A stretch of DNA of 64,000 nt from Nageia nagi (lineage: Eukaryota > Plantae > Pinophyta). The stretch covers positions 4,154,001 to 4,218,000 of the forward strand of contig JBITNC010000002.1 in NCBI GenBank assembly GCA_050084985.1, given 5' to 3'. Made by a program: the position numbers and the translations under genes. How positions within the stretch are numbered: the stretch's first letter is position 1; each line of letters opens with the position of its first letter. Below, piece by piece: positions 40,301-52,300 of this stretch. The notes beneath the pieces were generated by a model, which had not been told where the DNA came from, did not search any database, and saw only the letters and a program-made list of their open reading frames with translations.

Positions 40301-43300
40301 TAGCATTTTCATATTCTTATCTTCTACAAGATCTTTGGTATGGGATGGAAATAAAATCTTAGGCTGTCATCATGTAGGTCTTTCCAGTGTTTGCCCAATC
40401 AGGTTTACTTAGTTGTGGCCACTGTCCAACAAGAATAGTCTGATTATGTCTGCTCTTTTGGGTTGATTCATGATGATAATGTGTCCTCTACTCTTCAACA
40501 CTTCAACATACAGATCCGCCTTTGCCTTATACATTTCTATCCTGGAGTTATCACATGTTAACAGTTCTTTTATATTGCTTAAATTCAGTTTTGGTTCCAT
40601 TTCAATTTTTAGACTTTCGATTCAGAGCTACTTTTGGGCTTCTACACTTTTTTCCTTTTTTGAACATGCATTTTCTTTTCAAATCCTATTGATCTATTTT
40701 GGTCATCAGTGAACATTTATTTATTTTTTTCATTGTTCTACCAATTGGTACTTATGTGTGTATACTCCCACTTGTTCTTTATCGGATATTTAAAATCAAA
40801 GAAGGTAAATTTGTTGAACTACTTGATGAATGTCAACCAATGTGGGATCACAAGTTTCGCAGCTTCAAATAAACAAGCTGAAGTTGATATTAAAGATTAA
40901 AAACATTAGCTGATCATCATAGAGGTAGTCTTGATAAGTTACCTAGACCAAGGGAATTCTTCATGTTTTGCCTAATTCTTTGTTATTCATTTTTCAAATG
41001 ATTTAGGAATAGTTTATAAGGAAAATGTAGAAATATTTCTCACAACTCTTCCTAGTTCATGTGGGTTTACAAGATCTTTTTGGAAATGTTAATTGAATAT
41101 GTTAAAAAACGTTTGTTTTTATGTTGCAGGCAATACCACCTATAATCAGGTCTGCATTGGGACGTGACACTTGGGTGACTGTATTATGTAAGAAGCTCAA
41201 GGAATGGTGGTTCTGGGTAGGTTATAGGCATGGTATGGAATGTTTTTGAGGTCTGCTGATATAGTTGTGAAATTGAGGGACATGAACTTTGTTTATGTGC
41301 TTTTCTATATAGGTGGCGGAAGGGGAACTTCCAATTATTATATCACATGGGTGAGCATTTTAGTTTCGACTATATATATTATCCATCTTTATGGATTTCA
41401 TTTCTTGCTGGAATGTAATGGAGATGATATTTGCAGAGAGGAGATTGTGGCATACAAAGAACTTGATCCTGGTGACCGAGTGTTGATTTTGAAAGCACTC
41501 TGTGAGGTTCGTGTTCAGGTATAAATCATTTCTGCATTGGCAATTCTTCTAGTGGATCATTGCTGCATACTTGATGAGTATGGAGAAATTTGTATGGTTC
41601 TTTTATTGTACATTTTCTACTGCCTTCTTACTAACTAAGGAGGGTACATGCTGTTTTGGCATATTATGGTTTCACTTATGATAGCAACAAGACATTCTGC
41701 GGTTTATAGATGATTCTTTAAAACATGGAATCATGCTTTCAACCTTTAGAAAGGAGCGAATGGGGGGTGATGCACATGGAACGTCCTTCTGGTAAAACAT
41801 GCATTATTTTTTGATTCTTCATCTTCTTTGTAGTTTTTTGCAGTTAATTACTTTTACTATTGATTTCTTTGTTAGATAGTGTTTATAGAGAGTGAGTCCC
41901 ATAAATCTAAAACATTTTTGTTGGGTTCAACCTAAGGTACGAGGGTGATTCCATTCTTGGGCATCGCTTATACAGAGAAATTCGGAAGATTGAGATTAAA
42001 AACAAAGTGAAGAGTGCAGATTATTTGTCATTGCCAATTGTGACATTTCAGTGGGAAACTGTTGCGACTAATTTCGATGAGTTCCAGGCAGTAGCTGTAA
42101 GTTGTTCAAAGTAGAGATTTATTTCCTATTGAGTTTTTATCATTTATTGTATCCTTTATAATGATAATGGTGAACATTATTGCATTTTTCCTTGTCATAA
42201 ATCGGTAACTCTGTTGCATTAGATCTCTAGAAAGACCAAAATTAGAAAATGAAAAGATAAGTAATAACCACATTAGATCTCTAGTATGTTGAATACCATA
42301 TTTGTATTCATGTACATTGAAAAGATAAGTAATAACCACATTAGCTCAGGACTCTGGAACCTGCCACTCATTGGCTCTGTCATTGTTCTGTCTGAAAGCA
42401 GCATTTGTGTTGTACCTGCTGGCAAGTCCTTGCTTGTTCATTCCATTCTTAATAATCTTTTCATTATCCTTTAGGGTGTAATGTTTCAAATTTGCCAGTT
42501 TGTGAATCTCATCGATTATGTATCAACCTCTAGAGGTGATTCACTCTTACAAATACTTAGATATTAATATTAATTACAAACTAAATTGTAATCTCAGTGT
42601 TGAAAAAAGAATATTTGCCAAATGGAAAACATTTTTTGGTTTGGAAAATAATTGGAAAAATACAGAATTTTGGAACTAAGAAAATTAAACTCTTTTCTCC
42701 AGCCTTGTAACTGCAATAATCCTCTATGGTTGTGAAATTTGGGGGGGGGGAAGCATTTCTCGAGAAACATGGAACAAAATAGAGTAAATTAAAAACAATT
42801 AATTATTTATAATTTCAAAATTAAAAGTAATACACCATAACTTACCCTTCTTGTGGAGTTTGGGCTACTTTCTATTGACAGCGAAACTTTAATACAATAT
42901 ATTATAGACAATTATAAATTAACAAAGTTAGATCATCATAGGCTCCCTGTTATTGCCCAACAAACATGTCTAACCCATCTACGTCTTAAAAGAGGCTGGC
43001 TAAAAGACACTGATAAGTGGCTGGATTTTTGAAGCATACACAATAATATAACCCTTTCAGACAATGACAACTTAAAATTACAAATTGCAAATTGAGTAAT
43101 TGAAAGTTTTTTGAGCGAGGATAATATAAAAAATAAAAAAGCTAGCCTATTATAAAAACATTACCAACCCAAAACTTGAATAGATCCTACTATTTTAAGA
43201 TGCATCATATTTTAATTCAGGATTCCACAAGGCCCTGGGAATGGGAGAATGAACAGGGAACGGGGAGGTCATTTTTAGGGAATGCCCTAGGCATATTCAG

Positions 43301-46300
43301 ATTTTTGAAATTTCATTGTTTCAAAACTTGTGTACAAAACTTGGAACTGAAATTAGAAATTCAAGAATGAATTAGAATATCTAAATGAGCCATAATCAAT
43401 GATCATTAGACATAATGTCAATGTATCATTAAGTCTGAATCAGTCTAGTACATAATGATAGATGTGAAATCAGAAATACTGAAGTCTGAAATGAGAAATC
43501 ATAGTAGGAAAACTATAAAACTAAATATTAAAACAGTAAAATTAAATGAAGTCTTTCTTGTCTTTACTGTTGTCGTTCTCTTCCTTATTGCTGTCTTTCT
43601 TCTTGGCTGCTGTCAAAGAGTGTTTGGGTGAGTAAAAATGAAGTGGTTTGTATGTTTGCATGTTTTTATAATGTCAATTTTAGAGTTTGGGAGAAGGGGG
43701 TGGGTGGAGACATAAGTGGGACCCACTCCATCTAATTTTTGACTTTATTTTTTAATGTTTAGGTCACTTCCTTGAGGTGATCTTGGAAACATCTTGGCCA
43801 TTCTCCAAAAATAGGGAACACTCAGAAAACAATCTAACAGGCATATTCATATTCCCAAAATAGGAGAACACTTCCTCTAGGGAGGAACATGTTCTCGTGG
43901 AATCCTGTTTTTTATCATATAAGAATAGTGTTTTCCAACCTACTGAGAATGCTTCTCTTAACAGAAAAAAGCAATTAGACATGTGTAAAGGATTAAAATA
44001 TTGAATAGCACCCGTAGCACATTAAAGGCATGTGGAAATGGCAAAAGCATGATGTAGTTTATTACCATCATAATGACAACTGTAAGGACCCAAATCAGAT
44101 GATTATCTGTGATAGAACATTGCTACAATGCCAAATATTAACTCTATTTCAGAAACACTGCAGACAACTACAAAGACTTAAATCATTTGATTATGCATGT
44201 TAAAACATTGCTGCAATTGCAAACCAGAAATATTTGAGAGAGCCCCGTTATTATAAACTTAGAAAAACAAAAGTTAATAATTAAGCGTCTGGATGCTATA
44301 GTTCTACCAGTGTTCATTAAAGAGCACATGCATAGTGAATCAATTTGGTGCTATCTATTTTATGTCCAATTTTATAATGTTTAAAAGAAGGAAGAGAAAA
44401 ATTTGTTATATCATTTTATTTTGGCTCTGTTTTGTGCAATAACAGAAGTATTTTCCAAGAGTTGAATAAGAACTTGAACTTTCTAATACATGTATTATCT
44501 GAGAGTGATTTAGTAGAGGATGAGTTGAGATTGTGTCTTACATTTATCTGCAAGTCCTTCTATTAGGCATTTTTAGCTTGCTGTGAGAAAGGAAGTAAGC
44601 AAGACTAAAATACAAGAAAGCAAGACTACAAATAGCTAGAGCTAAACCATTCTGAATAACATGTGACAATTATCAATGCAAATAGCTTAAATGTTGTGAG
44701 TGGAGTCTTTCTTATCCTATGGGAGCGAGGATGGCATAGGAGACTCTAGCAACACCTATGAGGGAAGTCATGGCCGCACAAATATATCATTACTATCAAT
44801 CTGCATATTATTATCATCTAAAGGGTGTGGTTCCCCTGATGCTCAAGATAAGACTATAGGAGGGGGTTATCAATGAGTGGTTTTAATTATTCTTGCAATG
44901 TTAATGGCATGAGAATAATTGACATATGGATGTAGAGTAGGCATATATCTCATTTGATGTTCACCCCTACGCTAGAGTTCTAGTTATTTCCAACAAGGAT
45001 AGAAATTTGTATGACATAGTCTTTGTGTAGAGATGTATAGCGGGGAAGGTGTCATCCATTGTGTATCTCTCCGTCTAGAGGACTTTTATGGTGCAAGGAT
45101 GTATGATTATACTCTCCTTGCTCATCATGAGATGCAAAGTCTGATGTCCCATTTTTCAGTTCCCCTTGTGTACATAGGTGTGGTGTGGTATGTGATTTGT
45201 ATTTTTATTGTTTTGTGCCCAAGTGTGGAAGAAAACACTAAAATAAAAATAAAACTAGTAAGAAGGAGAAATAAGGGTCATGTGTTGGGAGAAATAATAT
45301 TATTTTTTAAGTTATAATGGGCACCTCGTAAATAGTCAACGGAAATTATAACATTTCTCCTATATAAAGAGGACTTGCGGCTCATTTACGTTATGTTAGA
45401 TATTATTTCTTTTCTACTTGGTGTAATTGGCTGAGAAGCTAATACCCTTTTCTCTTGTGGATGAAAGCTTGCAAGAGAAGTTCTTGTGGACAGAAACCCT
45501 AGGTCTTGAGGAGGTAAATCCATTTCAGGGTTTACATTTGTGCATCAACTTCAGATTGAGGAGCTTTCAAGATTGATTCAGCCAGCTAGGGCACGTTAAG
45601 AGACCAGCAGCTGGACATCCCACCTATGTGGGCCTATTTGATCTCTTATTACGAAATTTGATGAATGTTCAGCCAATTTAATGTTTGGGAGGCAGCATCC
45701 CATCATTCAGGTCTAATTTGGCATACTCTATACAGATTTTTGGTTAGCGTTTGGGCCATTTTCAGCCACATTCTTAATCAGCAGTGTGACATCCTACTAT
45801 GTGAGGCATAATTCATAGTTTCTATTGCCTATTCAGCTGGACGTCATCCTATGGGAGGTATTTAGAGGTTATTAACAGCAGACAGAGATATATAAAGGCA
45901 GAGTACAGCCATGTTCAATTCTATATTTATTGATCTGTGAGTTGCAATCTTGTATGTATTTGTCTTCATTGATCAATAAAATCAGTGTTTTTGGTATAAA
46001 TCAATTATGTTTCCAATGGCCATTATGATAAATGAATGGATCTGAGTTTTATTTGGTTGATTCAAATATATTTGTATTAGATTTGGTTGATTTCATAGCT
46101 AGGATAGAAAACACTAAAAGGGGACATTTCACAAAGTACATGTAGGTAAATCTACAAGGATGAAAGATGATCTTGAAGACGCTCATAGGATGAAGAGGCT
46201 TTTGGAAAACTTTGCCTAGACAATGTATTGCAAGATGAACCCCACATCAAAGAAGGCAATTTTAAACTTGTTTCAAATGTGATCAATAAACATGCCTCAA

Positions 46301-49300
46301 AATTAGGCCCTTAGGACCATAAAGGACTGTAGGTTTGATGGTACAATCAAAGAAACACATCTTAGTAGGAATGTCGTGGAAATGTATATGGAAACATCAA
46401 TTTTCCGAAGTTGAGTGTGAAGCATGCCTTTGCAAAAATGCGACCATGTAATGGGCTTCAAATGAAGGACTGACCCATAAATTGAACTCCCAGTCAGGTG
46501 TAGAATGCATTTTGTGTTATTGCCCCCATTTGTATAATAGTTGGAACTTACATACTAACCATACTTTTGCTTAAGGTTAACTATCAGTCGGTGAAGTCAC
46601 AAAAGGAGCAAGAGCATCCATTGTAGTAAGCCTATAGGGATTATGCAAGAACCATATCATCAACAATGAGTAATATAGCAGTTAGAATGTGATGCAATAG
46701 GCAGTCATCATCCATGAGTGTGCTAGCAAATAAAACTTAAAGCATGTCAATGAAATATAGAAAATGGTGGGGGAAAGGGAATTATGTTTCAACTCCAATA
46801 GTACTCTTGATCTCATTAGAATCCAGGAATAAATTTCTTGGATGGAGAATTAAAGCCATAAAAATTAAACTCCATTCTTTGAACATTATTAGAGACTAAG
46901 ATTCAGATATTAGTAGGGCCTCGGTTTCCATTGTTGATGTTATTTGTGCACAAAGGGATAAATATAATTATAATGATCCGTACTCATTAATAAAACAACC
47001 TAAACTTAGACAAGTAAAATTAGAATTTACGTCCGATTCACATATTTATGACATAATGAGCAATACACTACTGCTCATTCTGATGATGTGTTTCATATCT
47101 TGAATGCAAAATATCTACTTAATAGTTTTTAACTTTGCAAGATACCCACCAAAAAACTTACAAATTCTTTTAGTGTAATTCCTGGGCATTTCTTTCAACA
47201 TTGTTGCTGTTTTATCTCATCTTCTATTTGTGCGTTTTTTTTGTTGCCTAGATATGACTTCATGTAATCACTTGACGAGGATTTAGTGGCTCTTGTTTGC
47301 TGGAGGCCGCAATATGAGTAGATGCAAAATCTGCCTTTTGTTATGATCTTTTTAAATGTTTTGTGCAGGAAAAGCTTGTTTCAAGCAGAAATAAGATGGA
47401 AGCTGGGATTGGAAAGAAACTGAAGAATGATATTCTTCTAGAGCTTGAAACAATTCATAAGGTGACTTTTTTATACAATGCAACCCAAATGAAATAAAGA
47501 TCAGTTTACACCAACTAATGATGTCTTTAAGATAAAATAATAGTTACTACTTAGTTGGTAGATCAAACACATGCTATGGATGCCAAATTTATTTTCAGTA
47601 ATTTGTGTTTTCTTTGTAAATGTTAGACCAAAGACCTGTAAAACTTGCATTTGATTTTCTTTGTGTTTTGTACACTGATTTAGAAATATGAACATCATCT
47701 ACGTTTTTGTTGAATGCTATTTTTCCACTTTTGTCACAGAGAAAGGAACGTGCATTGAAAAAAAGGCAGAGGCAAGCTCTCCATCTCGATAACTTTTTAG
47801 GTGCTCAAGGACCATCTCCAGGCCGCTCTCTCCGTAATCGTAAACCTGTTACATACACGTTTGGTATGCAAATTGATCTGTGATATGCATATTGCACTTA
47901 ATTCAATAATCATCCTTATGGAATCGAGATTTGAATGTTAACATTGTTAAAAGTTATTTCTGTCTCTTTGATTCAATTAATCCTGATAAACTCCATTTCA
48001 GATTTTCAACTATGTAATCCTATACCCTTGTTTAAATAATCAGATAATATTAGCATGACCATACATCAAGTAATATATATTCTTGGCAGTCCATATCAAA
48101 ATGGCAAAAACATTTGCAGTCCAGTTCATGCATTTTGAACTTCTTATTACATTAAACTTTTGATAAATGGTGCATCTATCTAGCCCGGTTGAGTTGGAAT
48201 ACAAGGGGTAGCTTGGAAAAACTATAATTCACTTCTACTTTGGTTCTTACTTTGCATTTCTTAGGGATTATTAAATTTGTTGGAGCCAAAATTGTAGCAA
48301 AGCCTATACACTATTTATACTATACAAGAAGATGATTTACATGATAAAGGTTTAGCATTGTCTTTTTTTCCCCACAAACCAATAGTCTTGTTTATCAGCC
48401 TAAGGTAATATCCAGAGATACTATGTGCCATTGACCAAATCGTATATTGGATGATTAATTGTGTTCTACATCAACCTTTAGAGAAGGTTCCTTTGGAGAG
48501 AGTGGAAAATAATAAAGAGTTGAAAAGGCTAAGAATAAGAAAAACCAGAAGCAAATCGATAGCACAAGCAACTCACTCCGATGCAGGGGGAGTTGGACAA
48601 TATCCAGCTAACAGCCACATATTTAACAAAACTAACACCCAATCAACAAAATAATCATCTTCTAACAGACACAGTCACCAATTCTAATAGAAGCATAAAT
48701 ATTAACATCTATATTGATTATTTTGACCTAATAGAAGCTAATAGACTCACAATTGAAGGAGGTCAAACAACTCTGAATTGTATTGATTGAAAAAGCAAGC
48801 CATTTTATAAAAGCAGAAACACTAAAAGATCCGACCTTTGATACAAGGATCTCAATTCCCTTTTATAATGTTTGCAATGTTAAAAATAAAATTCAAATAC
48901 TATAATTACAACAGTTCTGGTGCATTGAGGATGCATGGTGGATATAATAGTATACAACTAAAAATACAACTTATGACACAAAGCATGTCTAGAACTTCAA
49001 TTATGCTGATTGCTGGTCTCTGCAATTCCATCTATTCGTGCTGATCTGCATGCCTTGGGTCTTCCGTTGTCCTCCAATTAGCTTATTCGTATGCATCGAA
49101 GTATCTGTTCTCCTTCAGCAGCTTCAAGCAGGCATGTTGATGCATGTTTGCTAGTATCCGGAAGTTCTGGACATGCAATCTTATCAAATGCCTTGATTTT
49201 ATCTTTGATTCTATCTTGTACCGGATGCTTTAGCATGCTGATGTCACATTCCTCACTGAAAACTCCAATGTTAAGACTTGTATGCAGTGAGTTTGACGTT

Positions 49301-52300
49301 GTATCTCAATGCTGACTCCAACCGGAAGGTAGGGTGAGTTTGTTGACAAAGTGCCAGATTTGTAATTCTGGTCTTTGCTTTTTTATCTGGGTGGTCGGAT
49401 CTCAGAGGAGGCTTAGCTGACATCAACCTTCGAAACTTCTGAGTTTTTACTCTCCAGGGCTCTTGATGCTCCTTTTTAGAACTCTTGGGGAAAGATGCTG
49501 ACGTGGACAACATGAAAGTTCTGATCTTGCTTCTCTTTGACTTGAGCTTCCAATTTCCTTCACTAGCTTTGGTACCTTTTTGAACTTTTGAAAATATTGT
49601 GCTATTGTGGAACTTGTGAATGTTCCGGCCTTCATTACTCTGGGTCTTCAACGTTCAGGCCCCTGGTCTTCTAATTTTTTGCCAGCCTTTCTGTGTTTTC
49701 GAAAATCTGGAAATTTCATGCCAACTTGTGCATCTCAATGTTCTGGTGTTTAGACCTTGACTTTGCTGGAGGCAATTTATCTCTTTCCCATGCTCTTGAA
49801 AACTCCATAGCTCATTCCTGTGCTCTTGCTGGGCTTTAGTGGCCCTGGAACTTCGGTTAGTTAGATGCTGTTGTGTGTTGATTGGAGTTATGATTTTTAT
49901 TTATCACCAGATTCTGCTTGCTTTCCACTTTGGTTTTCCAGTTTTTGAAGAATCTGAAGGCTTTTACTGGACCAAAATTCGAAGGAAAGAGGCTTTGCAA
50001 AATTTAGATAAGGATCCGAACTTTCTTCATTAACTTTTAAGATAAGCTCAGAATAGTCCTCGGAAGCTTAATAGAAACTCTTGGAAAACACAAAATGTAA
50101 TTGATGTCGGATTCATATATTAGTTTCTTGTAGTTCCAGTAAAAAGAGTTGCAGAGGGAAAACAAATACTACAGTCTGCCATTAATAGCGAATTTTTTTA
50201 AAACTAATGTATGCTGGCATGCTGGTTTCACAAAGAGCAAACAACATGAAGCTACGCATTCTAGTATTTCAAGAATAGCATACCTGAGTTTTTTGGCATA
50301 GAAGATATTACGTTGCATACGAAAACCAAGAAATACCACAAAACGATTCTTATATTTCTGTGTGCATTTTAAAATGTTTAATGCCAGCTAATTGTTGTGC
50401 TTTGCAAAGAAAATAGCATTAAGCATTTTTTGGGGATCTTCATCTAATTCATATATAGTCCAGAGAACAATATTTTGCTTAACTGAATACCGTTGGATAG
50501 GAAAGCATTTGTGACCAGTCTTATCACTATGCAACATGAACCTCTCATTTGACAGAGACAAGAGGACATACTTATCCAACAGAACAAGGTCATTCAATTG
50601 TAATTGATTATTGGGTTGTACAAGAGAAGACTATAAACAACTGCGCCACATTAAAATTGAAGTTGAATTCCAAGAATACCCTGAGTTTCCTGTTTGTTTC
50701 TCAATTAAGGGAGTGGATAGAGATGAAAGTAAGAATACAACAAATGAAAATCACATATAAAAACTGGTTTACGAAAAAGCGAATGTGTTTGCTCATCATA
50801 TGTGTCAGAAAAAAAAGAATACGTTATGTATCTTGAAGAAACAAGTAAACAGAATTTGTTAGAAGAAATTGAGTAGTATACACATAGTAGCAAAATAAAA
50901 TCTACCAGTTAGTAGTGTACATATATTAGCATCTTCACACCTAGTGTGCCTCCAAGCACCCATGTGACCTTGTTATTTTGGTGCTCATGATCCTTTAGTC
51001 TTTTCATAGACTATTTTTGCTATTATAGGCATAGGTACTTAAGTTCGTTGGATCATATAGGTAGGGTGCAAATAAGGAATCTTGTAGATTATTGTGGGAA
51101 GTGCTAAGGGGCATTGGACAAGTTATACTAGCATTGAATCAGATTCATTGGTTCAACAAAAGCAATATTTATAGAGGACTTTAGTTGTTTAAAATTTAGA
51201 TACAGTATAGGCTATGTAGATTCTAATAGATCAGCAGAAATATTAGGACTACTGGCTTCAAACTTGCTTATTGATTGTTTTGTTCCATTTATTGGATGTC
51301 AGCGATCATCTTACAGGGTATCAACATGTGAAGGTAATTCCTGAATTCCTATTTATGTGTTGGCCCTCATTATGGTGGCAAAGATGAAGGCAGAGATGTG
51401 TACAAGTGAAAAGGTGGGGCTTCTTTGATAGGTTGTATCAGTTACAAAATAGTTAATGGAAAAGATTCACCCTAACCCATTTGCTCTTTTTATCAAAATC
51501 GATTAATTTTAAATTATTAAAACCAAATTGAACATCTAATACATAGATTTCTTGATATGTGTGACAAAATTACATCTTGTTCTCCATTATATTTTTTTAA
51601 CCTGAATTTGTTTTGATATGGATGTTTTTGAATTGAATATCTTGCACAACAACAGCGAAGGACATGTTTCTACAAAATTTCAACATTTTATAGGTTTCCA
51701 GTTTCTTGAGTCTTTTGTGTAGTCATGGTGCGAAGATTGAGATGAGAGCCAGTAACTGGCTCTGCAAGTCAAAATCTGCCCCATGCTTTGTTATTTATAT
51801 GTAAATTAAGTTCCAATTCCTTGTACAGAAACTTTTTTGAGGGTCCCTGTATCAGATGTTTTAAAACAGATCTGGAAATGAACATGGTCCAGAAACTAGT
51901 CTAATTTCAGACTACACGTTACTTCATATAACAAAATAGCAGTAAAGAAAATATATTCTAATTTCCAAATTTGTATTTAATTTGCTCATTCTGTCCATTG
52001 TGACTTGCATCTAGTTTCTTCCAGATCTAGTCTTAACAAAGGGACTTGCTGTTACGCTGAGATTCTATTCGTTGTGTTTTGAAGGACTATATTTTAGAGT
52101 TTAAATATCTACATTTATAAGTTTTCAAATACTCCAGTGATTGTGTGTGTATAGATATAATTGCCATTTTCCATTGCTATTTCCGTTTCAAGCTAATGTA
52201 GCCCAAATCATTTATATACTTTACTATATTGTAGTCATGCATTTACTACCGAGTGTTTTCACAATATGCATCAAGAACGTATCATTAGTTTATTGCATCA

